A stretch of 64,000 nt of DNA from an uncultured Chloroflexia bacterium (GTDB lineage Bacteria; Chloroflexota; Limnocylindria; QHBO01), in NCBI GenBank assembly GCA_963810925.1, contig CAWEPF010000010.1, forward strand, positions 333,695 through 397,694. The letters run 5' to 3'. This document shows, piece after piece, positions 37,945 to 49,843 of this stretch (its first letter is position 1; each line of letters begins with the position of its first letter). Below the pieces are notes generated by a model. The model saw only the letters and a list, made by a program, of their open reading frames with translations. It did not search any database and had not been told where the DNA came from. The position numbers were made by a program, and so were the translations under genes.

Positions 37945-40116
37945 ATGACGACTCGCCGGGTCAACATCGTGCCTCGCTGGCTCGAGAACGCCGGATCGTT
38001 CAGCTGGCGGATCGCCGTGATCATCGCGCTGGGGGGAGTCCTGACCTGGCTGGCGTTCACCCTCGGCACGGTGACCGCATCGGTCATCGTGGCCCTGATC
38101 GTGGCCGCCACCTTTGCCCCCATCGGACAGGCGCTCCGCCGCCGCGGCTGGTCGGGGACCGCGAGTGCGGCTGCGGTGACCGGGGCCGCGGTCGTTGTGG
38201 GTGGGCTGCTGATTGTCCTCCTCGCGCTCGCGTTTCTGCCCTACATCCCCACCATCGTGTCCTCCGTCCAGGCGGGCGTGGTGGCGGTCCGCGAGCAGGT
38301 GGCGGCCTCCGGCTCGCCCGAGCTCGCCGACGAGATCGCGACCGCGACGGCCGGCATCCAGGCCTGGCTGAGCGAGAACCTCGCCGCCATCGTCGGCAGC
38401 GTGGCGAATGCAGCCACGGTCGGGCTGTTGGCGCTGTTCCTGACCTTCTTCCTCCTCCAGGACGGGGAGAAGGGCTGGGGCCGAGCTATCGAGGTCACCG
38501 ACGGCTGGCGGCGGGAGCGAATCGACGACGCCGGGCACACGGCCCTGACACGGGTTGGAGGATATCTGCGCGGCACGGCCGTCCTATCCGCCGTGGTGGC
38601 CGTCACCGACCTTGCCTACCTGACCGTGCTCGGGGTTCCGCTCGCCGCGCCGCTCGCGATCCTCGCCTTCGTCGGTGGGTTCGTTCCATACATCGGCGGC
38701 CTGATCGCCACCGGGGTCATCCTCCTGACCGCGTGGGCGACGGTCGGCGTCCAGACCACGATCCTTCTGCTCGTGCTCATCGCGGTGACCCGAGGCCTCG
38801 TCTCGAACGTGCTCAGGCCCATGGTCTATGGGTCGCGGGTTGGCCTCCACCCCGGGATCATCCTGCTCGTCCTGCCGGCGGGAGCCGCGCTTGCGGGCAT
38901 CATTGGCGTGTTCGCCGCGGTCCCGGTGGCCGTGTTTGTCGCGTCGTTCACGGCAACCGTGATCGCTGCCCTCGACCCCGAGGTCGAGAGCGATGAGGAG
39001 CCCGTCGTGCCCCGCTGGCTGGATCGGCTCGCGCAGTGGGGCTGGCGGATTCTCGCGATCCTGGGTGTCGGCCTGGCCACCGTCTTCATCCTGGCCCGCA
39101 TCCCGCTGGTCGTGGCGCCCCTCCTGCTGGCAGCCATTCTGGCCGCATCGGTCGTTCCCCTGGTCGGCGTGCTCCGCCGCCGGGGTTGGAGCAACTCGCG
39201 CGCCGCGATGGCCGTCACCGGCGGATCGGTCCTCCTCATCATCGCGGTCATGGTCATCGCGATCGTGGCCCTCGGTCCGGGTCTCGCCGATGCCGTCGGC
39301 GGCGCAGTGAAGGGGGCAGGCGATGCCGGCGATGAGACGGGCGGCGTCCTGGGGTGGCTCGAAACCGCCTCATCCCAGGTAGGCAGTTCGATCCTCGGCA
39401 TCGCGGCCGGCGTCCTGAGCGCCGTGTCGGCTCTCGCGGTGATCCTCGTGCTGGCCAGCCTGCTGACGTTCTACGTCCTTCGCGATGGTCGCCGCGGCTG
39501 GGATCGCATCACAGCCCCCATCGGTGGATGGCAGCGCGCCGAGCTCGAGACCACGATGCGCGACTCGATCGCCGTCCTGGGCGGCTACATGGGTGGGACG
39601 GCGGTCATCTCGGCCGTGGGGGCGATCTCGCAGCTGGCGATCATGCTCATCCTGGGTCTGCCATTTGCGGTGCCGGTCGCCGTCCTGTCGTTCTTCGCCT
39701 GCTTCATTCCGTACGTCGGCGGGTTCGTGACCACGGGCCTGGCGTTTCTCATTGCGGTGGCGTACGGGGACGCGACCACGATCGTGATCATGGGCATCTA
39801 CACCCTCGTGTTCAACATTGTCCAGGGCAACGTGGTGACCCCGCTGGTGTACCGGCGGGCGGTCCACCTCCACCCGGCGATCATCCTGCTCGCCATTCCC
39901 GCCGGTGGGGCATTGGCCGGGATCCTGGGCATGTTCATGGCCGTCCCGATCATTGCCCTCATTGCCACGGCGCGGCTGCCGATCATGCGCCTGCTCGGTG
40001 GCGAGCCTGAAGAAACGAGCACGACCACCGATTCGATGGCGGCAGCAAGAACACATCCTGCGGAGCCGGCCCCTGGATCAGCGCCCGCGCCAGAGGCCGC
40101 TCCCGAAGCCGGGTAG
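37945..40116 (+). CDS. AI-2E (PerM/UPF0118) family transporter made of two tandem AI-2E domains in a single polypeptide
   Basis: Repeat 1 starts IVPRWLENAGSFSWRIAVIIALGG. Repeat 2 starts VVPRWLDRLAQWGWRILAILGVG. Each repeat carries the conserved V(L)RPxVYGxxVxLHP and FxPYIGG motifs. Confidence 0.75.
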   Translation: MTTRRVNIVPRWLENAGSFSWRIAVIIALGGVLTWLAFTLGTVTASVIVALIVAATFAPIGQALRRRGWSGTASAAAVTGAAVVVGGLLIVLLALAFLPYIPTIVSSVQAGVVAVREQVAASGSPELADEIATATAGIQAWLSENLAAIVGSVANAATVGLLALFLTFFLLQDGEKGWGRAIEVTDGWRRERIDDAGHTALTRVGGYLRGTAVLSAVVAVTDLAYLTVLGVPLAAPLAILAFVGGFVPYIGGLIATGVILLTAWATVGVQTTILLLVLIAVTRGLVSNVLRPMVYGSRVGLHPGIILLVLPAGAALAGIIGVFAAVPVAVFVASFTATVIAALDPEVESDEEPVVPRWLDRLAQWGWRILAILGVGLATVFILARIPLVVAPLLLAAILAASVVPLVGVLRRRGWSNSRAAMAVTGGSVLLIIAVMVIAIVALGPGLADAVGGAVKGAGDAGDETGGVLGWLETASSQVGSSILGIAAGVLSAVSALAVILVLASLLTFYVLRDGRRGWDRITAPIGGWQRAELETTMRDSIAVLGGYMGGTAVISAVGAISQLAIMLILGLPFAVPVAVLSFFACFIPYVGGFVTTGLAFLIAVAYGDATTIVIMGIYTLVFNIVQGNVVTPLVYRRAVHLHPAIILLAIPAGGALAGILGMFMAVPIIALIATARLPIMRLLGGEPEETSTTTDSMAAARTHPAEPAPGSAPAPEAAPEAG

Positions 40117-40121
40117 CCGGT

Positions 40122-41174
40122 CTAGGTCGTGAGGAACAGCAGGCCGATCACCCCCAACGCATAGGCCGCCGCCACCATCAAGGAATCGGGGCCGAGGCCC
40201 AGGATCTTGCGGTCGGGCCGGGTAACGAGGCCGTTCAGGTAGATCGCCGTGACGACGATGCCCAGGCAGGCGAGCCAGATGGACTCCACGCTCGCCGTCG
40301 TCAGCACGGCCTGGCCGGCCAGGAGATCCGCCAGCAGGAAGAGCGTCACCTGGATCGCGTTCCCGCCGAAGATGTCGCCCATAGCCAGCCCAACCTGGCC
40401 CATGCGGACGGCGGTGAGTCCCGTGCTGATCTCCGGCAGCGCGGTGATCGCGGCCAGGACCGTCGCCCCGAAGATCGCCCCGTTGATGCCGAGGTCATCC
40501 GCGAGCGCGTTGCCGCTCTGCTCGAGAAGGACGCCGGCCACGAGCGTCACCCCGGACGCCACGCCGAACATCAGCAGCGCCCCGCCGATCGCGCGCGGGC
40601 CGCCATCTGCACCGCGCGGGGCATCGAGGGGAACCGGAGCGGCCTCTGGCGGGGCGAGCGCATCGGCCGATTGCCATCGGGGCGACCGGCGATTCCGGTT
40701 CAGGGTGAAGATCCCGAGCAGCCACACCACGACGATCGCGATGGACGCGGGGCTCATCGGTCCGATCGTCGCCGACGGCGCGAGCTGGGTTCCCATCACG
40801 GCAATGCCCACCACGCCGATGACGAGAGCCGCTTCGTGCAGTGGCTCAAGGGAATTGGACAGGTTCGACAGCGGTCGCCGGTTCCGTGAGGTCGCGTCAA
40901 GGATCACGAGCACGAGCGTTTGCATCGCGATCCCACCGAGCAGGTTTCCAACCGCGAGGTCCAGGTGGCCGCTCAGCGCCGCCGAGACGGTGATCGCGAT
41001 CTCCGGCAGCGTCCCGGCGATGCCCAGGAGGAGCATCCCGCCCAAGGCCTGCCCCAGGTCGAAGTGGTCGTCGATCCGGTCAGTCGCCTTCGAGAGGAAC
41101 ATGCCGGCGACCCAGGTCGCCGCTGCGCCCCCCGCGAGGATCGCAAGCAGTGCCGGCGTGCCCACCGAATCCAT
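40122..41174 (-). CDS. CaCA-family cation/H+ (Ca2+) antiporter
   Basis: Two alpha-repeat regions are present (GIAGTLPEIAITVSAAL and ITALPEISTGLTAVRMG). Confidence 0.75.
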   Translation of the reverse strand: MDSVGTPALLAILAGGAAATWVAGMFLSKATDRIDDHFDLGQALGGMLLLGIAGTLPEIAITVSAALSGHLDLAVGNLLGGIAMQTLVLVILDATSRNRRPLSNLSNSLEPLHEAALVIGVVGIAVMGTQLAPSATIGPMSPASIAIVVVWLLGIFTLNRNRRSPRWQSADALAPPEAAPVPLDAPRGADGGPRAIGGALLMFGVASGVTLVAGVLLEQSGNALADDLGINGAIFGATVLAAITALPEISTGLTAVRMGQVGLAMGDIFGGNAIQVTLFLLADLLAGQAVLTTASVESIWLACLGIVVTAIYLNGLVTRPDRKILGLGPDSLMVAAAYALGVIGLLFLTT

Positions 41175-41256
41175 CTCCGGATTGTATTTGGGGCGCCAAG
41201 AGGCGGGTCGTGAGCCCGCAGCGCCGCTCGGTTCGGCGTCGTAGTCTGTGTAGGCG

Positions 41257-42021
41257 ATGTCCGGTCACAGCAAGTGGTCCCAGATCAAGCGCCAGAAGGG
41301 TGCCAACGACGCCAAGCGTGGCGCGCTGTTTACCAAGCTGACCCGCGAGATCATCACCGCGGCCCGCCAGGGTGGATCGGACGTGGAGGCCAACTACCGG
41401 CTGCGGATGGCGGTTGACAAGGCGCGCGCCAACTCGATGCCCGCGGACAACATCAAGCGCGCGATCGACCGCGCGACCGGCTCGGGGGCGGATGCCGAGC
41501 AGTACGAAGAGATCACGTACGAGGGCCTCGGCCCGGCCAACGTGGCGGTGATCGTGGCCACCATGACCGACAACAAGAACCGGACCGCGGCCGAGATCCG
41601 GGCCATCTTCACCCGGGCCGGCGGCTCCTTCGCCCCGGTGAGCTGGCAGTTCGAGCACCGCGGCCTGCTGTCCGTCCCACTCAAGGGCAGCGACCCGGAC
41701 GAGGTCTCGCTGGCCGCCATCGACGCCGGTGCGCTGGACGTGGGGACGCCCGAAGGCGGGGCCATCCTGGTCGTGACCGATCCGGCCGCCCTCGAGCCAG
41801 TGCGCACGGCGCTGACCGATGCCGGGTTCGTGCCCGAATCGGCCGAGGTGTCCATGGAGCCCACGACCAAGGTCGAGATCGGCGACGAACGGGCCGCCCG
41901 CCAGGTGCTCGAGTTCGTCGAGCGCCTCGAGGACCTCGAGGACGTCCAGACCGTGTACGCCAACTTCGACATCCCCGATTCGCTCATGGAGCAGCTCGAA
42001 GCGTCGGTCGTCGGCGGGTGA
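41257..42021 (+). CDS. yebC: YebC/PmpR-family transcriptional regulator
   Basis: MSGHSKWSQIKRQKGANDAKRGALFTKLTREI matches the family. Confidence 0.9.
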   Translation: MSGHSKWSQIKRQKGANDAKRGALFTKLTREIITAARQGGSDVEANYRLRMAVDKARANSMPADNIKRAIDRATGSGADAEQYEEITYEGLGPANVAVIVATMTDNKNRTAAEIRAIFTRAGGSFAPVSWQFEHRGLLSVPLKGSDPDEVSLAAIDAGALDVGTPEGGAILVVTDPAALEPVRTALTDAGFVPESAEVSMEPTTKVEIGDERAARQVLEFVERLEDLEDVQTVYANFDIPDSLMEQLEASVVGG

Positions 42022-42494
42022 TCGCGCTCGGCATCGACCCGGGCACGGCGGCCTGCGGGTTCGGGGTCGTGGCCTCGGACGGCGCCACCCTGCGCTTCGT
42101 CGATGCGGGCACGGTGCGCACCGATCCGGACCGGCCTGACGCCGCGCGGCTCGCGGATCTCGAGGTCGCCCTGGACCAGCTGATGACCGAGCATCATCCC
42201 GATCGGGTGGCAGTTGAACGCCTCTACTTCCAGCGCAACGTGGCCACCGCCATGGCCGTGGGCCAGGCCCGCGGGGTCGCGCTCCTCGTCGCCGCCCGGC
42301 ACGGGCTGGCGGTGACCGAGCCCACCCCCAACGAGGTGAAGGTCGCGGTGTGCGGGAATGGCGCCGCCGACAAGCAGCAGGTCGCAGTGATGGTCGGGCG
42401 CCTGCTCGGGGTCGAGCTGAAGGGCGCTCGAGACGATGCCACCGACGCCCTGGCCATCGCGATCGGGGCGCTGTACGGCGGAAACCGCGCATGA
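42018..42494 (+). CDS. ruvC: Holliday-junction resolvase RuvC
   Basis: MIALGIDPGTAACGFGVV... The start overlaps the yebC stop. Confidence 0.9.
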   Translation: MIALGIDPGTAACGFGVVASDGATLRFVDAGTVRTDPDRPDAARLADLEVALDQLMTEHHPDRVAVERLYFQRNVATAMAVGQARGVALLVAARHGLAVTEPTPNEVKVAVCGNGAADKQQVAVMVGRLLGVELKGARDDATDALAIAIGALYGGNRA

Positions 42495-43066
42495 TCGGCT
42501 CCCTCCGTGGCACGGTGACCCACGCCGGGGTGGATCACGTGATCATCGACATCGGCGGCGTGGGCTATCGCGTCGTCGTGGCGCCCGCGCTGCTCGGCCA
42601 CCTGCGGGTCGGGTCTGACGCGACCCTGTTCATCCATCACCTGGTGCGCGACGACCAACAGGCCCTGTTCGGCTTTGGCAAGCCCGAGGAGCTCGCCTTC
42701 TTCGAGCTGTTGATGACCGTCACCGGCGTCGGCCCCCGGCTCGCGCTGGCCATCATCGGTTCGCATCCGGTCACGCGGCTCCAGATGGCGATCGTGACCG
42801 ATGACCTGGACGTGCTGACCTCCGTATCTGGGGTGGGCCGAAAGACCGCCCAGCGGATCGTGCTCGAGCTCCAGGAGAAGATCCACGCGGCGGGCATCGC
42901 CGTCGGTCCCGGGGGAGCGGCGGATTCCGACGTGGTTGCCGCGCTGGAGTCGCTGGGCTACACCGCCTCCGAGGCACGGCGTGCCGCCGGCAGCGTGGCG
43001 GCGGTCGAGGGCGGTCTCGACGAGCGGATCCGAGCCGCACTCCAGGAGCTCGCCCGCTCTCGATGA
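42491..43066 (+). CDS. ruvA: Holliday-junction branch-migration protein RuvA
   Basis: MIGSLRGTVTHAGVDHVIIDIGGVGYRV... The ATGA overlaps ruvC. Confidence 0.9.
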   Translation: MIGSLRGTVTHAGVDHVIIDIGGVGYRVVVAPALLGHLRVGSDATLFIHHLVRDDQQALFGFGKPEELAFFELLMTVTGVGPRLALAIIGSHPVTRLQMAIVTDDLDVLTSVSGVGRKTAQRIVLELQEKIHAAGIAVGPGGAADSDVVAALESLGYTASEARRAAGSVAAVEGGLDERIRAALQELARSR

Positions 43067-43500
43067 CGGTGAGCGAATCCGAGACCATCGAGCGCGTGCT
43101 GCGCGAGACGCACACGTGGGCCGTGGTCGGCTGCTCGAACAACCCGGACCGTCCCAGCCATGGCGTGTCGCGGACCCTGATGCGCCACGGCTACCGGATG
43201 ATCCCGATCAACCCCATGGAGACCGAGATCCACGGGCAGCGCTGCTATCCCGACCTGTACGCGGCCCAGGAGGACGCGGTTGCCGCCGGCCATCCGATCG
43301 AGGTGGTGGACATCTTCCGCAACTCCGCCCTGGCCGGCATCCACGTGGACGAGGCGATCGACATCGGTGCCCGGGCGGTCTGGATGCAGCTGAACGTCAT
43401 CGACGAGGCCGCCGCCGAACGAGCGCGCGAGGCCGGGCTGTGGGTCGTGATGGACCGATGCCCCGCGATCGAGCTGCCCCGACTGGGTCCCGTCGCCTGA
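43063..43500 (+). CDS. CoA-binding domain protein (YccU/YneT family)
   Basis: HTWAVVGCSNNPDRPSHGVSRTLMRHGYRMIPINP matches the family. The start overlaps the ruvA stop (ATGA), which is where ruvB normally sits. Confidence 0.75.
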   Translation: MTVSESETIERVLRETHTWAVVGCSNNPDRPSHGVSRTLMRHGYRMIPINPMETEIHGQRCYPDLYAAQEDAVAAGHPIEVVDIFRNSALAGIHVDEAIDIGARAVWMQLNVIDEAAAERAREAGLWVVMDRCPAIELPRLGPVA

Positions 43501-43570
43501 CCTCTCAGAGGCGATTAACGTGCCGCTATTGCGGGGAGAGGAAGGTGACCCCCTTGAGGTGGAGGCCGCG

Positions 43571-46312
<2,742 letters not shown>

Positions 46313-46333
46313 AGGACCGGACCCGGGCGAACC

Positions 46334-47263
46334 TCAGTCTCGACGCATGACGAGGCCGATCCGGCCGATGGGTGGGCGCGGTTCGGCGTAGGTCTTCACG
46401 GTCGGGTCGTCCGGGTGGGTGACGCCCGGGTCCCAGGTCCGGTTCTGCGCGTCGAAGCTCACTTCCGCCAGCTGGGGCCAGCGCTCGAGCATCCGCCCGC
46501 CGATCTCGTGGACCAGGTGCTGGATCGACAGGCTCACGAACTCGTGGAACACCGATCCGGCCAGGTCCGCCACCTGGTCGCCGGCGACGTATCGGGCGGG
46601 ATCGGTGCCGAGCGCGTCGGCGCCGTCGGTATAGGACCAGCCGATGTCCATCCAGGTGAACAGGGCGCGATCCGGCCGCTCGGGGAGGGTCGTGTGCTCG
46701 TCGCGGGCGAAGTCCGCGAACGATGAGCCGGTGATCTTGATGAGCTGGAGGCCCTCACGCCCGCAGGCGTGATCGGTCAGGCGGACCGATCCGTCCGCGC
46801 CCAGCTCCAGGTCCAGGCGCGCGGTCGACGCGTCGTTGCGGTCCCGCGCAAAGAGGACGTTCGAGGCCACGAAGCCATCGCCGTCCGCTGCCGGGACCAG
46901 GGCGGCCGGGTAGGGGAGCTCGCGGCCGACCATCGTGATCCGCTCCATGTGCGGGTAGTGCGCGAGGAACGCGCGCCCCACGTGGTCGAGCCATCCCTCG
47001 AGGGTGGCCGCCGGGCTGTCCGCCGACGAGGAATGGATGAAGTTCTTCATCGTGTCGGTGGCCACCACCTGGCGGTTGTCGCCCTCGGTGTACGACTCGA
47101 GGAAGCCCTGGCCGCGGACCTGGATCTCGATCTCGGCCGCCATGAGCGTGTTGTCGCGGCCGGCGAAGGGCGACTCGGGGATGGCCGTCACCCCGACGAG
47201 GGGCGAGCCGTGGGTGCGATAGACCTTGACCTCGGCCTTGCCGTACTGGATGCCGTACTTCAC
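46334..47263 (-). CDS. pucL: Urate oxidase (uricase)
   Basis: GTG start (VKYGIQYGKAEVKVYRT). The two uricase signature regions are present. Confidence 0.85.
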   Translation of the reverse strand: MKYGIQYGKAEVKVYRTHGSPLVGVTAIPESPFAGRDNTLMAAEIEIQVRGQGFLESYTEGDNRQVVATDTMKNFIHSSSADSPAATLEGWLDHVGRAFLAHYPHMERITMVGRELPYPAALVPAADGDGFVASNVLFARDRNDASTARLDLELGADGSVRLTDHACGREGLQLIKITGSSFADFARDEHTTLPERPDRALFTWMDIGWSYTDGADALGTDPARYVAGDQVADLAGSVFHEFVSLSIQHLVHEIGGRMLERWPQLAEVSFDAQNRTWDPGVTHPDDPTVKTYAEPRPPIGRIGLVMRRD

Positions 47264-47273
47264 AAGGCACTCT

Positions 47274-47795
47274 TCATGCCGAGGCGGCCATGGGGGAGCG
47301 GAGCCAGCGCAAACGGTCGGCGGCAATGGCCAGCGTGTCGTCGAGGGCCCGTTGGAGCTCGGCATCCGGGGGGCGGCCGAGCGCGGCCCGGAATCCGGGG
47401 AGCAGCTCCGTCCGCTGGCGGCCGTTCACGTACACCAGGTAGCGGAAGCCGAATCGGCGCTCGTAGGTGGCGTTGAGCTTCGCCAGCTCGCGGTCCACCG
47501 GGTCGTCCTCGTCTCCCTGCTCCCGTTCGGAGGCGGTCGAGAGTCGGTCGCGCGCGCCGAGCTGTGGGTGCGCGTTCACGAGCTCGATCTGGTCCACGCG
47601 GGACATGCTCTTCGCGATCCGCGCCGCGGCAACCATCAGCTCGTCGTCGCTGCGGAACGGACGGGCCGCGGCGAGCCACGCCGCAAACCGGGGCGCGGGC
47701 TCGAACAGGAGCGCCATGGCGGCGCTGAACTCGCCCACGCTGACGTCGTTCAGCTCACCGGCCGTGGGGAACGGCCCCGGGTCAGGCGCGGGCAA
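47274..47795 (-). CDS. uraD: OHCU decarboxylase
   Basis: ELVNAHPQLGAR and RFGFRYLVYVNGR are OHCU-decarboxylase motifs. Confidence 0.8.
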   Translation of the reverse strand: MPAPDPGPFPTAGELNDVSVGEFSAAMALLFEPAPRFAAWLAAARPFRSDDELMVAAARIAKSMSRVDQIELVNAHPQLGARDRLSTASEREQGDEDDPVDRELAKLNATYERRFGFRYLVYVNGRQRTELLPGFRAALGRPPDAELQRALDDTLAIAADRLRWLRSPMAASA

Positions 47796-48237
47796 ATCGG
47801 TACTCGTCGTCCGGATCGTGGGCCTGGCCCTCGGCCTCGAAGAACACGATCAGGCGGTCCGGGCCCTCCAGCCGGTATGTCATCCAGCGTTCCTTCCCGC
47901 GGCGGAGGAACAGCGCGTCCCCCTCGCGAACCGAGACGAGGTCCAGCTCGAGCGGCGCGTCCTTCTCCTCCCAGCCGGTCATGTCGCGGTTGAAGTGGCG
48001 GAAGCGGCAGACCAGGCCGTCGCCCTCCACGTCCATGGTGATGAGCTCGTAGAAGCGGGGATGGCCGGCACCGATGGCACGGAACATGCCCATCATCCCG
48101 CCGCCCATGACCTGGCCCCACGTCTCCTCGATCTCGTCGCTGCCGTGGGTGCCCACCCAGCGCCCCGAGATCCAGGCGAGGTCCTCGATCGTGGCTTGAA
48201 TGGGGTCCGAAGGCAGATGGGACGTGCCGGCCTGCAT
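47782..48237 (-). CDS. Hypothetical 151-aa protein inside the uricase operon
   Basis: WISGRWVGTHGSDEIEETW...LVCRFRHFNRDMTGWEEKD. I recognise no family with confidence. It is co-directional with and overlapping uraD and uraH. Confidence 0.4.
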   Translation of the reverse strand: MQAGTSHLPSDPIQATIEDLAWISGRWVGTHGSDEIEETWGQVMGGGMMGMFRAIGAGHPRFYELITMDVEGDGLVCRFRHFNRDMTGWEEKDAPLELDLVSVREGDALFLRRGKERWMTYRLEGPDRLIVFFEAEGQAHDPDDEYRFARA

Positions 48238-48242
48238 CGTCG

Positions 48243-48596
48243 TCAGCTCCCGCGGTAGACCGTCGCCCCGAACGGGGAAAGGAGGAGCGGGACGTGGTAG
48301 CTGCGCCGGGTGTCGGACACGTGGAGCGCCACCGCGATGCCCTGCAGGAAGGCATCCTCGTCGTCATCGGTATCGGCCAGGTCGAACAGGAGCTGGTAGT
48401 CCCCGGCGACCAGCTTGCCGCCAACGAGGTCGGCCACCCGGCCGTCGCCATCGGTCTCGGTCTCGCTGACGATCTCGAACTCGTCGTCGCCACCACGCCG
48501 GAAGAGCACGATGCTCACCCCGGCCGCCGGTTCGCCGGAAGCGAGGTCGAGCACGTGAGTGGAGATCGTGGGGCGGGCCTTGGGTTCAGCGGCCAC
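48243..48596 (-). CDS. uraH: 5-hydroxyisourate hydrolase (transthyretin-like)
   Basis: ISTHVLDLASGEPAAGV... is an HIU hydrolase N-terminus. The protein ends in YRGS, the C-terminal signature. Confidence 0.85.
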   Translation of the reverse strand: MAAEPKARPTISTHVLDLASGEPAAGVSIVLFRRGGDDEFEIVSETETDGDGRVADLVGGKLVAGDYQLLFDLADTDDDEDAFLQGIAVALHVSDTRRSYHVPLLLSPFGATVYRGS

Positions 48597-48667
48597 GACA
48601 CCTCCTCATCGGTCAGGCGGGCGGATATCCTGTCAGGCAGATCTCCGTTACCACCGGGAGCATACCG

Positions 48668-49051
48668 ATGACCAGCCCTGACCGATTCATGATCCAGCGA
48701 ATGGGGGCCGAGGAAGGTCCCTTCACCTTCACGGACCTGCAGCAGCAGGTCCTCTCCGAGCGCATGAAGTACGACACCCCCGTCCGGCGAGCGGACGTGG
48801 AGGGAGCCGCCTGGTTCCGGGCGGTCGAGATCCCCGGTCTCTTCTCCGACAAGGAATGGCTGGTGGCCCTCCTCCTGTCGGGATTCCTGGGAACGTTGGG
48901 CATCGACCGTTTCTACCTGGGGTACACCGCGCTGGGTATCCTCAAGCTGATCACGTTGGGCTTCTGTGGGGTCTGGTGGCTGATCGACATCATCCTGATC
49001 GCCACGGGCAGCCTGAAGGACTCCAAGGGCCTACCCCTGCGGCGGACATGA
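48668..49051 (+). CDS. TM2-domain membrane protein with an N-terminal DUF4339/GYF-like domain
   Basis: LLLSGFLGTLGIDRFYLGYTALGILKLITLGFCGVWWLIDIIL is a TM2 domain. Confidence 0.7.
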   Translation: MTSPDRFMIQRMGAEEGPFTFTDLQQQVLSERMKYDTPVRRADVEGAAWFRAVEIPGLFSDKEWLVALLLSGFLGTLGIDRFYLGYTALGILKLITLGFCGVWWLIDIILIATGSLKDSKGLPLRRT

Positions 49052-49413
49052 CCCCGCGTACGCTCCGATGGCTCGCTGCCGGGGCGCTGGTCGCCTCGGT
49101 CGTGGTCCCCACCGGTATCGTCCGCGGCGGACCGCGCCTGTGCGCCTTTCACGCGGTGACCGGCCGCCCGTGCCCGTCGTGCGGGATGACTCGTTCGTGG
49201 AACGCGATGGGGCATGGTGAGGTGCGTCGAGCGGTGGGCTTTCATCCGCTGGGACCGGCCACCTTCGCGGCTGCGGCGGCGATCGCATTGGGCGGTGATG
49301 ACCGGGCTGAGCGACTGATGACGCCGGATCCGCGGATGCGCCCGGCACTGGGCGCCCTGGCGGCCGCGTGGGTCACCGCCTGGGCCTGGCGCCTGGCGAG
49401 CGGCAGGGACTAG
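49048..49413 (+). CDS. DUF2752-family small membrane protein (CPxCG)
   Basis: [19 protein letters not shown] matches DUF2752. The ATGA overlaps the TM2 gene. Confidence 0.6.
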   Translation: MTPRTLRWLAAGALVASVVVPTGIVRGGPRLCAFHAVTGRPCPSCGMTRSWNAMGHGEVRRAVGFHPLGPATFAAAAAIALGGDDRAERLMTPDPRMRPALGALAAAWVTAWAWRLASGRD

Positions 49414-49417
49414 GGTC

Positions 49418-49837
49418 GTGGGTGACCTCCGGATCACGGTGGGGGACCTGGTGTTCACCGCCCGCTGGGAAGAAGCCGCGCCGCAGACGCGGGCGGCCCT
49501 GCGGCCATGGCTGCCCATCCGCTCGCAGCTGATCCACTGCCGGTGGAGTGGCGAGGGAACGTGGATCCCGTTCGGCGACCGACGCCCGGACGTGGGCTAC
49601 GAGAACCACACCGCGCACCCGGCTCCGGGCCAGGTCCTGATCTACACCGGGGACCTCTCGGAGTGCGAGATCCTGCTGCCGTATGGGGCCTGCGCGTTCT
49701 CGAGCAAGCTGGGCCCGCTGGCCGGGAACCACTTCGCGACCATCGTCGAAGGCGCCGACCAGCTCCCCGAGCTGGGCCGGCGGGTCCTGTGGGAAGGCGC
49801 CCAGGACATCGAGATCAGCGAGCAGCCCGATTCCTGA
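49418..49837 (+). CDS. DUF3830-like (cyclophilin-like fold) protein
   Basis: [28 protein letters not shown]... Typically found next to hydantoinase/allantoinase genes. Confidence 0.45.
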   Translation: MGDLRITVGDLVFTARWEEAAPQTRAALRPWLPIRSQLIHCRWSGEGTWIPFGDRRPDVGYENHTAHPAPGQVLIYTGDLSECEILLPYGACAFSSKLGPLAGNHFATIVEGADQLPELGRRVLWEGAQDIEISEQPDS

Positions 49838-49843
49838 CCGCCG

